NCBI GenBank assembly: GCA_965263035.1
Contig: OZ253580.1
Span: forward strand, 2,592,001-2,656,000
Direction: 5' to 3'
Origin: Acidobacteriota bacterium
GTDB taxonomy: Bacteria; Acidobacteriota; UBA6911; RPQK01; JAJDTT01
DNA length: 64,000 bases
Of this stretch, positions 9,932 to 19,170 are shown one piece after another. Numbering within the stretch: position 1 is the stretch's first letter; each line of letters begins with the position of its first letter. The position numbers and the translations under genes are program-made. The notes under the pieces are model-generated. The model did not search any database. It had not been told where the DNA came from and worked only from the letters and a program-made list of their open reading frames with translations.

Positions 9932-9955
9932 GTCAGATATATAAGCCCCAAACGA

Positions 9956-10525
9956 ATGTCAGAGGAGAGGCGGCAACCGCCGATGGAGATCGAGGCCAAG
10001 GTCCCTCTCGAAGTGGAGGAACTGGGTACCTTGCGCTCCAGGCTGCGGGAGATCGGGGCCCGCCTCAGCCGGCCCCGCCTCCGGGAGGAGAACACCCTCT
10101 TCGACTTCCCCGACGGAAGATTGGAGCAGGCCGATTCCGCCCTCCGGGTCCGGTCCTTCGGTCAGGAGTGCCTGCTGACCTACAAGGGGAGGAGCCGGGA
10201 GCACTCCTTTCTGAAGTTGAGGGAAGAGATCGAGACCCGGGTGGAGGACGCGGCCGCACTGGTCGAGCTGTTCGAAGCTCTGGGGCTTCGAAAGGCCTTT
10301 CACTACTGGAAGTATCGCGAGATCTACGACCTGGAAGTGCACCCCGGAGCCGTCACCATCGCGCTGGACGAGACGCCGATCGGCTTCTTCGCCGAGGTCG
10401 AAGGCCCGGAGGAATCGATTCAGGTGGTGGTCGATCTCATGAGTTGGGACCCGGCGTCGTTCATTCGGGAAAGCTACCCCAAGTTGTATCGGGAGCACGG
10501 CCTCGGGTCCCCGGGAGTGGAATGA
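9956..10525 (+). CDS. CYTH-domain protein (class IV adenylate cyclase-like/triphosphatase)
   Basis: EIEAK, LRVR, LTYKG, REEIE, KYRE and LDETPIGFFAEVEG. Confidence 0.9.
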   Translation: MSEERRQPPMEIEAKVPLEVEELGTLRSRLREIGARLSRPRLREENTLFDFPDGRLEQADSALRVRSFGQECLLTYKGRSREHSFLKLREEIETRVEDAAALVELFEALGLRKAFHYWKYREIYDLEVHPGAVTIALDETPIGFFAEVEGPEESIQVVVDLMSWDPASFIRESYPKLYREHGLGSPGVE

Positions 10526-11538
10526 AGGGAATGATTCTGGCGGCCGGGCTGGGCAGCCGCCTGCGACCCCTGACCTGGATCCGGGCCAAGCCGGCCGTAC
10601 CCCTCCTGAATCGTCCCCTGATCCGCTACGCCTTCGACCTGCTGGATTCTCTGCGGATCGGGGAGGTGGTGGTGAACCTGCATCACTTGCGCGGGTCGGT
10701 GACCCGGGCTCTGGAAGGGGTGACGCCCACGGTGCGTTTCTCGCCGGAACTGGAGATCCTGGGCACGGCCGGTGCCGTGGGGCGGGTCCGGGACTTCTGG
10801 GGGCCGGAACCGTTCGTGGTCTGCAACGGAAAGATCTATTTCGAACAGGATCTGGGTCCAGTGCTGGACGTCCACCAGGAGAGCCGGGCACTGGCGACAC
10901 TGGTTCTGGTGCCGCGGAAACCGGATGATCCCTTCCGGCCGGTCTTCCTGGCCGGGGACGGGCGGATTCGAGCCTTCGGCCAGGATCTGCCCGGACGGCC
11001 GACCGGGCCCGGATACGTGTTCACCGGCGTCCAGATCCTCTCTCCGGGTGTCCTGGACCTGATTCCGGAGGGTCCGTCGGACCTGGTCAAGCACATCTAC
11101 GAGCCGCTGGTGGCCCGGCGCGGCCCGGTCATGGGATTCGTCAGCCGAGCCCACTGGTTCGAGTGCAGCACCCCCGATCGCTACCTGGAAAAGTCGATGG
11201 GGCTGCTTGCTCGAAGGGGTCTCAACGCTCTGCCGGGAGGTTCCGGTGGGAGGAATTGCCACAAGGTGGTTCTGGGCCGGGGAGTCCGGGTCCCGGCGGG
11301 GGCCTCGCTCGAGCGCTGCGTGGTCTGGGACGGCGCCCGCCTGGGCTCCCGTTGCCGGCTGCGAGACTCGATCGTGGCCGGTGAAGTGGATATTCCGGCC
11401 GGGTCCCGGCTCTCGCGAGTCGTGGTCACCCACCCCTTCCCGGAGCCGCTCCGGCCCACCGGAGAAACGCACCCCGGTTACTGGACCTGGCCCCTGGAAG
11501 GACGCCGGCCGGGAAGGGTAAGCACCCCGCTACGCTAG
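10522..11538 (+). CDS. Sugar-1-phosphate nucleotidyltransferase, MurU-like (MurNAc-alpha-1-P uridylyltransferase candidate)
   Basis: MKGMILAAGLGSRLRPLT...KP, VNLHHL, LGTAG and FTGVQIL; left-handed beta-helix tail; adjacent to the amgK-like gene. Confidence 0.82.
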   Translation: MKGMILAAGLGSRLRPLTWIRAKPAVPLLNRPLIRYAFDLLDSLRIGEVVVNLHHLRGSVTRALEGVTPTVRFSPELEILGTAGAVGRVRDFWGPEPFVVCNGKIYFEQDLGPVLDVHQESRALATLVLVPRKPDDPFRPVFLAGDGRIRAFGQDLPGRPTGPGYVFTGVQILSPGVLDLIPEGPSDLVKHIYEPLVARRGPVMGFVSRAHWFECSTPDRYLEKSMGLLARRGLNALPGGSGGRNCHKVVLGRGVRVPAGASLERCVVWDGARLGSRCRLRDSIVAGEVDIPAGSRLSRVVVTHPFPEPLRPTGETHPGYWTWPLEGRRPGRVSTPLR

Positions 11539-11552
11539 AGTGGGCGTGAGCC

Positions 11553-12551
11553 ATGCATTTCGACGAACGGATCCATCGGTTTCTGGAGCAGGAGTTTCCC
11601 GGCACCGGCGCCGTGGGAATCAGGAAGCTGAAAGGAGACGCTTCCACCCGCGAGTACTTCAGATGCGGGGTCTCGGAATCGGAGACTGCGATCCTGACCC
11701 TGTACCCGGACCCTTTCGATCCGGCCGAATCGACTTATGTTCAGGTTTATCAACTGCTCGACCGAATCGGCTTGCCGATTCCTCGGATCTATGCCGTCGA
11801 CGGGGATCTGGGTGTGGTGCTGCAGGAAGACCTGGGGGACGTGACCCTGGAACGGCGCCTGCGCGGAGCGGGCCGCCGGGAGCGGAAACGGCTGCTGAGT
11901 CAGGCCGCCGAGCACTTGATCGTCCTCCAGCGAGAAGGACCCCAGGCGGCGGAGCAAGGCTGGCCGGTGCTACAATTGGCCTTCGATCAGGAGAAATTGA
12001 CCTGGGAGCTCCAGTTCTTCCGGCGTCACTATCTGGAAGGTTACTCCTCCCTCCACGTGGAACAAGAGAGGCTCGCGTCCGAGTTCCGGGCACTCTGCAG
12101 GGAACTCGCCGAGGCCGAGCGATTCGTCTGCCACCGGGACTACCAGGTCCGGAACCTGATGCTGAAGGAGGGACGGGTCTACATGATCGATTTTCAGGAC
12201 GCCCGGCTCGGACCCCAGGCGTACGATCTGGTGTCGCTCCTGATGGATTCCATCGATCTGGCTCCCGATGAGGTCGAGGAGCTCGCGGACTTCTACCTGC
12301 AACGGGGCGCGCCGGCGGTGGACGCCCGCCGGTTTTGGCGCCAGTTCCAGCTCACGACTATTCAGAGACTCCTGAAGGCGTTGGGCACCTTCGGGTACCA
12401 GGCTGGAGCACTGGGGAGAGAGTCGTACCGGGCCTACATTCCGGGCACCCTGGAGCGGGTCGCCGCCGCCTTGAAGACGATTCCCGAGTTCCCCTATATT
12501 CGTGGTCTGGTCGAGGCACAGGTGGCTGCAGCAGGGCGGTTTTCATGCTGA
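11553..12551 (+). CDS. AmgK-like anomeric MurNAc/GlcNAc kinase (APH family)
   Basis: [44 protein letters not shown] and [10 protein letters not shown]. Confidence 0.85.
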   Translation: MHFDERIHRFLEQEFPGTGAVGIRKLKGDASTREYFRCGVSESETAILTLYPDPFDPAESTYVQVYQLLDRIGLPIPRIYAVDGDLGVVLQEDLGDVTLERRLRGAGRRERKRLLSQAAEHLIVLQREGPQAAEQGWPVLQLAFDQEKLTWELQFFRRHYLEGYSSLHVEQERLASEFRALCRELAEAERFVCHRDYQVRNLMLKEGRVYMIDFQDARLGPQAYDLVSLLMDSIDLAPDEVEELADFYLQRGAPAVDARRFWRQFQLTTIQRLLKALGTFGYQAGALGRESYRAYIPGTLERVAAALKTIPEFPYIRGLVEAQVAAAGRFSC

Positions 12552-13840
12552 CCCAGGTCTATATTCGAGACGTCCCGGCCCACGTGGGGCGCGAGATCGG
12601 CATCAGGGGTTGGCTCTACAACAAGACCCACAAGGGACGGCTGTGGTTCCTCCTGGTCCGGGACGGGACCGGCATGATTCAGTCGGTCCTGTTCAAGGGG
12701 AACGTCGCCCCGGAGGCCTTCGAGGCCGCCGCGGCTCTGACTCAGGAATCCTCCCTGCAGATTACCGGGACGGTCCGGCGGGACAAGCGGGCTCCCGGCG
12801 GGTACGAGTTGGACGCCACCGCAATGGAGGTGGTGCAGATCGCGCAAAGCTACCCCATCACTCCCAAGGAGCACGGAACCTCCTTCCTCATGGATCACCG
12901 GCATCTCTGGCTGAGGTCCTCGCGGCAACACGCGATCCTGCGGATTCGGCATCAGCTGATCAAGGCCGCTCGCGACTTCTTCGACGGGCGGGGATTCGTG
13001 CTGGTGGACACGCCGATCCTGACTCCGGTCGCGTGCGAAGGGACGACGAATCTCTTCCCGGTGAAATACTTCGACACCCCGGCCTATCTGAGCCAGAGCG
13101 GACAGCTGTACAGCGAGGCCTCCTGCATGGCCTTCGGCAAGGTCTACTGCTTCGGCCCCACCTTTCGCGCCGAGAAATCCAAGACCCGCCGGCACCTGAT
13201 GGAGTTCTGGATGGTGGAGCCGGAAGTGGCCTACGCGGATCTGGACGACATCATGGTTCTGGCCGAGGAGTTCGTCTCCTACCTGGTGGCCCAGGCCTTG
13301 CAGGAAGGAGCGGAGGAACTGTCGGCCCTGGGTCGGGACACCGGACCGCTGGAGAAGGTGACACGTCCGTTTCCCAGGCTCACCTATGCCGAAGCCTTCG
13401 ATCTGCTGAAGCAGGAGGGCAGCGAGACGCCTCGGGGAGCGGACCTGGGAGGAACCGACGAGACCATCATCTCCTCCCAGTTCGACCGGCCGGTGATCGT
13501 TCACCGCTATCCCGCCGCCGTCAAGGGCTTCTACATGGAACCGGATCCGGAGAACCGGGACCTGGCACTCTGCATGGACATGCTGGCGCCGGAGGGATAT
13601 GGAGAAATCATCGGTGGAAGCCAGCGGATCCACGACTACGATCTACTGATGGAACGGGTGCGGGAGCACAACCTTCCCGCCGAGCCCCTCTCCTGGTATC
13701 TGGACCTGCGGCGGTACGGCAGCGTGCCCCATTCCGGTTTCGGCCTGGGAATCGAACGGGTCCTCTCCTGGATCTGCGGGATCCCCCACGTCCGGGAGAC
13801 CATCCCCTTTCCCAGGATGCTCCACCGGCTGTTCCCTTGA
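12545..13840 (+). CDS. asnS: Asparagine--tRNA ligase
   Basis: OB fold; [40 protein letters not shown] and [11 protein letters not shown]. Confidence 0.96.
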   Translation: MLTQVYIRDVPAHVGREIGIRGWLYNKTHKGRLWFLLVRDGTGMIQSVLFKGNVAPEAFEAAAALTQESSLQITGTVRRDKRAPGGYELDATAMEVVQIAQSYPITPKEHGTSFLMDHRHLWLRSSRQHAILRIRHQLIKAARDFFDGRGFVLVDTPILTPVACEGTTNLFPVKYFDTPAYLSQSGQLYSEASCMAFGKVYCFGPTFRAEKSKTRRHLMEFWMVEPEVAYADLDDIMVLAEEFVSYLVAQALQEGAEELSALGRDTGPLEKVTRPFPRLTYAEAFDLLKQEGSETPRGADLGGTDETIISSQFDRPVIVHRYPAAVKGFYMEPDPENRDLALCMDMLAPEGYGEIIGGSQRIHDYDLLMERVREHNLPAEPLSWYLDLRRYGSVPHSGFGLGIERVLSWICGIPHVRETIPFPRMLHRLFP

Positions 13841-13881
13841 CGAGCCGCGGCGAATGGAGACCCGGGCCCTGCTATTGTGAA

Positions 13882-14041
13882 CCGCCCGTGGCAAAAGTCG
13901 TCACTGCATTCGACCGGGCCTGCATCGTGCGCGGACTGCGTTGCGACTCGGTCACATACTCCCGGTATGCTCCCTCATCGCGCCTTGTCCGGCGGGCGCA
14001 GGACCGGTCTCGGTGCGACGCGCGACTCTTGCCACGGACTG
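13882..14041 (+). mobile_element. MITE family A, copy 1 (160 bp, degenerate left end, no clear TSD)
   Basis: ccgcccgtggcaaaagtc...gactcttgccacggactg; near-identical to copies at 17912, 34027 and 48685. Confidence 0.82.
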
Positions 14042-14067
14042 TTATGATCCATCCTCAGAGGGAGCCC

Positions 14068-15006
14068 ATGGAGACCCGGTTGCTGGACGGCAAGAAGGTC
14101 GCTGCCCAGATCAAGAGTGAATTGTCGCAAGAGATCCGGACGCTGACGGCGGGAGACGTGATTCCGGGTCTGGCCACGGTCCTGGTGGGAGGCAACCCGG
14201 CCTCCCGCTCCTACGTAGCCAGCAAGATCCGGGCCTGCCGCGAGTTGGGAATGCATTCCGAAGCGGTGGAGCTTCCGGAGGAGACCAGCACCGAGGAACT
14301 GCTGGCGGTGGTCAACAGGCTAAACGAATCGGACCGGATCGACGCCATCCTGGTTCAGATGCCCCTGCCTTCCCACATCGACACCCAGCGGACGCTGCTG
14401 GCGGTCCGGCCCGACAAGGACGTGGATGGGTTCCATCCGGTGAACACGGGGAGACTCTGCTCCGGAAATCCGGGCCTGGTGCCCTGTACGCCGCAGGGAA
14501 TCATGGAACTGCTGTTCCGCGAGGGGATTCCGCTCCGGGGGGCGGAGGCGGTGGTGGTGGGAAGAAGCAACATCGTGGGCAAGCCCATGTTTTTTCTGCT
14601 GCTTCAGGAGCACGCCACGGTGACCGTCTGTCACTCCCGGACCCGGGACCTGCCCCGGGTCTGCCGCCGCGCCGACATCCTGATCGCCGCGGTGGGCCGG
14701 CCGGCTCTGCTCACGCGGAACTACATCAAGAAGGGCGCCGTCGTCGTCGACGTGGGGGTCAATCTGCTCCGGGACCGGAAAGAAGTGCTGCGTCTGTTCG
14801 GCGACGGTTCGTGCAAGTTGGCGGCGTTCGACAAGAGGGGTTCGGTGCTGGTGGGTGACGTCCATCCCCAGGCCTCGCCGCGATGGGCGGCGGCGGTGAC
14901 GCCGGTGCCGGGCGGAGTCGGCCCCTTGACCATCGCGCTCCTGATGAAAAATACGCTTCGAGCCTGCCGGGAACGACGGGGGACAGTCGGCACGGTCTCG
15001 CAATAG
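14068..15006 (+). CDS. folD: Methylenetetrahydrofolate dehydrogenase/cyclohydrolase
   Basis: LLDGKKVA, YVASK, KDVDGFHP, PCTP, GRSNIVGKP and TPVPGGVGPLT; SD-like GAGGGAG before ATG 14068. Confidence 0.96.
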   Translation: METRLLDGKKVAAQIKSELSQEIRTLTAGDVIPGLATVLVGGNPASRSYVASKIRACRELGMHSEAVELPEETSTEELLAVVNRLNESDRIDAILVQMPLPSHIDTQRTLLAVRPDKDVDGFHPVNTGRLCSGNPGLVPCTPQGIMELLFREGIPLRGAEAVVVGRSNIVGKPMFFLLLQEHATVTVCHSRTRDLPRVCRRADILIAAVGRPALLTRNYIKKGAVVVDVGVNLLRDRKEVLRLFGDGSCKLAAFDKRGSVLVGDVHPQASPRWAAAVTPVPGGVGPLTIALLMKNTLRACRERRGTVGTVSQ

Positions 15007-15021
15007 ATCGCGGGGGGGATC

Positions 15022-15993
15022 ATGAACGAGATCAGGAAGACCATCAGACTTTGGGTCATCGCCGGTTGTCTGCCGCTGCTGGCGGCTTCGTCGGTTCAGT
15101 TCAACCAGGTCAAGAAGATCAAAGTAGGCAAGGCGCCCAACTTCTCAACCCTGGGGCCGGACGGGCGCTACCTGTTCGTGACCAACTTCGCCTCGGACGA
15201 GGTTTCGATCGTGAACTGCGCCACCCAGGAGACGGAAAAGAGCTTCTACGCCGGCTTCAAGCCGCTGGGAATCGCGATTTCGCCCAGCGGAGACCGGATC
15301 TACGTGACCAACTTCCAATCGGGTCTGGTCAAGGTGGTGGACGGAAGGACCTACCGGATCATCGACGACGTCAAGGTGGGCGGAATGCCCACCGACGTGG
15401 TGGTGTCTCCCCGAGGGCACACCATCTACGTGGCCAATTACGGCCGGGGCCGCGTCGGACGCGTCGATTTCATCGATACTGCGTCCCACCGGGTCACCAA
15501 GTCGGTGGACGTGGGCGTGCGCCCGCTGGTGGCCGCCATCTCCGTCCTGGGCGAGCAGTTGTACGTTCCGTGCGCCGGCTCCAACGACCTCTATGTAATC
15601 GACGTCAACGACGGACGGGTGATCAAGGAGATCCCGGTCGGGATCGGTCCCAACGGTATCGCCTTGACGCCCGACGGCGAACGGTTGCTGGTCTCCAACA
15701 GCGGGACCAACGACCTCTCGGTGGTGGACCTGCTCGACATCGAGGAGACGCGCCGGGTTCGGGTGGGAGAGCAACCCTTCTCCCTGAGCGTAAACGCCCA
15801 GGGGTACGTCTTCGTGGTGGAGAGTGGGAGCCGAACGGTATCCATTCTGAGTCCCGAGCTGGACAAGATCCGGACCGTCAAAGTCGGGAAGAAGCCCATC
15901 GACATTCAGGTTTCGCCCGACGGCCGCTTCGTCTACGTGACGGACGAAAAAGAAAATCGGGTCATGATTCTGCAGATCTCGGGTCTGAGCTGA
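15022..15993 (+). CDS. Secreted YVTN-repeat beta-propeller protein (YncE-like)
   Basis: Signal peptide; repeated PxGIAxSPDGxxxYVTN units. Confidence 0.88.
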   Translation: MNEIRKTIRLWVIAGCLPLLAASSVQFNQVKKIKVGKAPNFSTLGPDGRYLFVTNFASDEVSIVNCATQETEKSFYAGFKPLGIAISPSGDRIYVTNFQSGLVKVVDGRTYRIIDDVKVGGMPTDVVVSPRGHTIYVANYGRGRVGRVDFIDTASHRVTKSVDVGVRPLVAAISVLGEQLYVPCAGSNDLYVIDVNDGRVIKEIPVGIGPNGIALTPDGERLLVSNSGTNDLSVVDLLDIEETRRVRVGEQPFSLSVNAQGYVFVVESGSRTVSILSPELDKIRTVKVGKKPIDIQVSPDGRFVYVTDEKENRVMILQISGLS

Positions 15994-16101
15994 CGGCATT
16001 CGAGCAGTTGTTCCAATTCGTCTCGACTGACCTCCGCGCCTAGGAGCCTGCGCCTTCACCCGATCTGAAGATTCTGAATTTGACGGATACGGGAGGGTGC
16101 C

Positions 16102-17334
16102 ATGGGAGACGGAAAGCCTCGTAGGCGCTCCGGTGAAGCGACTCGGCGAAAATTCCTGGGTCTGGGCGCGGCGGTCGGCGGCGCCCTGATGGCCTGTTCG
16201 GACTCGGCGGACACGCCCGCCGGCGGTGGGGTGAAACGCACCGGCAAACCGCCGGATCAATACGGTGAGCGTTCGCCGTTCGAAAAGTCGGTCCGAAAGG
16301 GATCGGTCTCGAAATACCCCGAAGCGGGCTCCACGCGGACTCCGCTCCAAGACTCGCACGGTATCATCACACCTTCGTCGCTTCACTTCGAGCGCCACCA
16401 TGCGGGGGTTCCCATCATCGATCCCGCCGAGCACCGGCTGTTGTTGCACGGTCTGGTGGACCGTCCGCTGATCCTCACCATGGAGGAATTGAAGACGCTC
16501 CCCTCGGTGTCGCGGATCCACTTCATCGAGTGTTCCGGCAACAGCCGGGGCGAATGGAAATCGAAGAAAGGCGCCACCGCACAGATCAGCCATGGGATGG
16601 CGAGCTGCAGCGAATGGACGGGAGTTCTGCTGTCCGTCCTGCTGGATGAGGTCGGCGTGAAGCCCGACGCCACATGGCTCGTCGCGGAGGGAGCGGACGC
16701 CTGCAAAATGCACCGGAGCCTGCCGCTCGAAAAGTGCCGCGACGACGTGATCGTCGCCTACGGGCAGAACGGAGAGGCGATCCGTCCGGAGCAGGGGTAC
16801 CCCCTGCGTCTGGTGGCGCCCGGTCACGAGGGGAACCTCAACGTCAAATGGGTCCGGCGCCTGATGTTGGCGGACCAGCCCGCAATGGGCCGGGAAGAAA
16901 CGTCAAAGTACACGGACGTGCTGGCCAACGGCAAGGCCCGGCAATTCAGCCTCGCCATGGAGGCCAAATCGGTGATCACGCGCCCCTCCGGGGGCCAGAA
17001 GGTGGAGGGACCGGGATTCGTCGAGATCACGGGGCTGGCCTGGTCGGGCCTGGGATTGATCGAGCGGGTGGAGGTTTCCACCGACAACGGAGCGACGTGG
17101 ACCGACGCCGCCCTGCAGGAGCCTCGGCACCGGATCGCGTTCACCCGTTTTCGGTTGCCTTGGACCTGGGACGGCACACCAGCGGTGATCCTTTCCCGGG
17201 CCACGGACGAGACGGGTTACGTCCAGCCGACCGTGGGAGCTTTAGTGGAGGCGCGAGGCCAGAATTCCAACTACCACAACAACTGCATCAAGTCCTGGAA
17301 GATCGCCGCCGACGGGAGTGTGACCAATGTCTGA
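16102..17334 (+). CDS. soxC: Sulfite-oxidase-family molybdoenzyme, SoxC-like, Tat-exported
   Basis: TRRKFL Tat motif; GIITPSSLHFERHHAG, FIECSGN, QNGEAIRPEQGYPLRL and SKYTD. Confidence 0.88.
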   Translation: MGDGKPRRRSGEATRRKFLGLGAAVGGALMACSDSADTPAGGGVKRTGKPPDQYGERSPFEKSVRKGSVSKYPEAGSTRTPLQDSHGIITPSSLHFERHHAGVPIIDPAEHRLLLHGLVDRPLILTMEELKTLPSVSRIHFIECSGNSRGEWKSKKGATAQISHGMASCSEWTGVLLSVLLDEVGVKPDATWLVAEGADACKMHRSLPLEKCRDDVIVAYGQNGEAIRPEQGYPLRLVAPGHEGNLNVKWVRRLMLADQPAMGREETSKYTDVLANGKARQFSLAMEAKSVITRPSGGQKVEGPGFVEITGLAWSGLGLIERVEVSTDNGATWTDAALQEPRHRIAFTRFRLPWTWDGTPAVILSRATDETGYVQPTVGALVEARGQNSNYHNNCIKSWKIAADGSVTNV

Positions 17335-17875
17335 ACGAACAGGGGGACTCTGGCCCGTGTTCGCCGTGGCTGGTCTGCTCGTGGGCGCCGGTGTCGCCCA
17401 GTCTTCGAAGTACAAGGTCGGCCGCGCGCCGACGGCGGACGAGGTCAAGGCCTGGAGCATTACGATTTTTCCGGACGGAACGGGACTCCCTGAAGGGAGC
17501 GGAACCGCCGCCGAGGGCAAGGAAATCTATGCCCGCCGTTGCTCGGAATGCCACGGCACCACGGGCCAGGGTGGGGAATCGGCGGCACTGGTGGGCGGCC
17601 AAGGAAGCCTCACCAGCGCCAAGCCCCTGAAGACGGTCGGCAGCTACTGGCCCTACGCCACGACGCTCTGGGACTACGTGAACCGCACCATGCCCTTCCA
17701 CAATCCGGGCATCCTGACCGACGACCAGGTCTATTCGGTCGTGGCGTACGTTCTACATTTGAATCAGATCGTGGTCGAGAACGAAGAGATGAACGGGGAG
17801 ACGCTGCCCAAGGTCCGGATGCCCAACCGCGACGGGTTCGTGAAGGACGATCGCCCCGACGTGGGCCCGAAGTAG
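17327..17875 (+). CDS. soxD: Monoheme cytochrome c, SoxD-like
   Basis: GTGLPEGSG, CSECH, KTVGSYWPYATT.WDY...MP and MPNRDGF. Confidence 0.82.
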   Translation: MSERTGGLWPVFAVAGLLVGAGVAQSSKYKVGRAPTADEVKAWSITIFPDGTGLPEGSGTAAEGKEIYARRCSECHGTTGQGGESAALVGGQGSLTSAKPLKTVGSYWPYATTLWDYVNRTMPFHNPGILTDDQVYSVVAYVLHLNQIVVENEEMNGETLPKVRMPNRDGFVKDDRPDVGPK

Positions 17876-17897
17876 GGGCTCCTCTTGTGGGCTCCCT
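17872..17897 (+). repeat. GTAG-type REP
   Basis: GTAGGGGCTCCTCTTGTGGGCTCCCT; related inverted copies at 21931-21957 and 63361-63387. Confidence 0.7.
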
Positions 17898-17911
17898 CTT
17901 TTGTCCCATAA

Positions 17912-18071
17912 CAGCCCGTGGCAAAAGTCGTCACGGCATTCGACCGTCCCTGCATCGTGCGCGGACTGCGTTGCGCCTCGGTCACATAGGGTCGAATATG
18001 CTCCCTCACCGCGCCTGGTCCGGCGGGCGCAGGAACGGTCTCGGTGCTCGCGGGACTTTCACCACGGACTG
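17912..18071 (+). mobile_element. MITE family A, copy 2 (160 bp)
   Basis: TIR CAGCCCGTGGCAAAAGTC / GACTTTCACCACGGACTG; TSD ATAA at 17908-17911 and 18072-18075. Confidence 0.88.
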
Positions 18072-18075
18072 ATAA

Positions 18076-18172
18076 GGAGGGGCAACTTCCAGTCGCTCGT
18101 TCCGCCGTTCCCCGTGCGCTCATTCCCCATGCTTCGTCCGGAGTTCGGCGGTTGGAAACCGCCGTTCCCTCC
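18076..18172. repeat. GGAG-type REP doublet (BIME-like)
   Basis: ggaggggcaacttccagtcgc...cggcggttggaaaccgccgttccctcc; similar copy at 38923-39020; both lie between convergent genes. Confidence 0.78.
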
Positions 18173-18178
18173 GAGAGT

Positions 18179-19170
18179 TCAATTTTTCCGCGCAATGACG
18201 GTCGCCCCCAAGTCCGTTTCCTCCTGCTTGCGAATCGAGTAGTAGACGATTCCCGGAAGGGACGACAACATCATCACCACGAAACCGAGCAGGGACAGAG
18301 TCACGGACATCTCGGCCGGAACACCGGCCTGGGAGAAGAGCAGGTAGTAGGCGCTCTCCCGGAGACCGATCCCGTTGATGGTGAGTGGCACCATGATGGT
18401 CAGGTTGATCAAGGGAACGAAGACCATGAAGAGAGAGAAGGGCGCTTCGATGCCGATGCCCTGGGCCGTCACCCAGACCACGGCCACCGCTCCCGCCTGG
18501 ATGGGAAGCGACACCACGGCTACGAAGGCCATCTTGCCCGGATTCTGCTTCAGGGTGTCCAGGCCCTGGTAGACGAGCTCCATTTTCCGGGTCAGGGAAT
18601 GGAATCCGAATCTCTGCATCATGGAGGTCATCCGGGCGTGGGTCCAGGAGTGGAAGAGCATCACGTTGGCAACTGCGTACCCGGCGCACGCGGCGAGGAA
18701 TAGGTGGACGGACGAAAGCCCGGCGATCTTCTGGGGGACGACGAGGGAGGCGGCGAGACCGATGAGCAACAGGCCGCAGAGGCCTCCGCTGCGTTCCAGC
18801 ATGCTGGTGGTGAGGGTCGTGGACATGCCCCGGCCCGTACCCTTGGACAGGTAGTAGGCGCGGAAGACGTCTCCGCCGATGGCCGACGGCAGGAACAGGT
18901 TGAAGAAGGCGCCGATGAAGACGAGCTTGGTGAGCGGATACCAACGCTGGTGGATACTGAAGTTTTCGAGAACGATCCTCCAGCGGAACGCCGAGAGCAG
19001 CAGCGTGAGGATCTGAATCGAAACCGCCAGCAGGAGGAATTCGGGCCGGGCGCCGGCCGCGACGCGGAGCAACTGGGACAGGTCCAGCCGGCTCAGGACC
19101 AGAATCAGAAAGGAGAGACTCAGGATCAGCTTCAGGACGAGCTTGACCCGAGCCCGCGGCAACCCGGAGG

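Larger units (their letters stand above)
8615..9944 (+). pseudogene. tnpB: RNA-guided endonuclease TnpB, split by a MITE insertion
   Basis: N-terminal LYNSALEERKDTW joins in frame to EKDEKSVTLYD when 8744-8906 is removed, giving 388 aa. Motifs: PGYPRF, RuvC GIDLG / IAVEKL / DRDHNAALNIL, QYTSQDCHRCG. Confidence 0.92.
8571..9949. mobile_element. Non-autonomous TIR element carrying tnpB (DDE-type, IS1595-like ends)
   Basis: IRL GGGGCTTATATATCTAACTTGA (8571-8592) matches the reverse complement of IRR (9928-9949) at 21/22 positions. Exact 8-bp direct repeat AAACGAAT at 8563-8570 and 9950-9957. No transposase inside. Confidence 0.88.

Noticed and set aside
8615-9944. Cas12f/CRISPR effector or nuclease-dead TldR
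   Set aside because: No CRISPR array or cas genes nearby, and the RuvC D-E-D residues are retained
8571-9949. Canonical IS200/IS605 or IS607 element
   Set aside because: No tnpA or serine recombinase is present, and the ends are TIRs with a TSD, which those families do not make
9865-11538. 557-aa ORF as a fusion protein
   Set aside because: The N-terminal 219 codons are an alternate frame over the tnpB end and CYTH gene; the real start is ATG 10522
14760-14850. Insertion in FolD before LVGDV
   Set aside because: This loop is length-variable in FolD and shows no mobile-element signature
12502-15006. 834-aa ORF
   Set aside because: Alternate frame of asnS plus the MITE read into folD; only 14068-15006 is FolD
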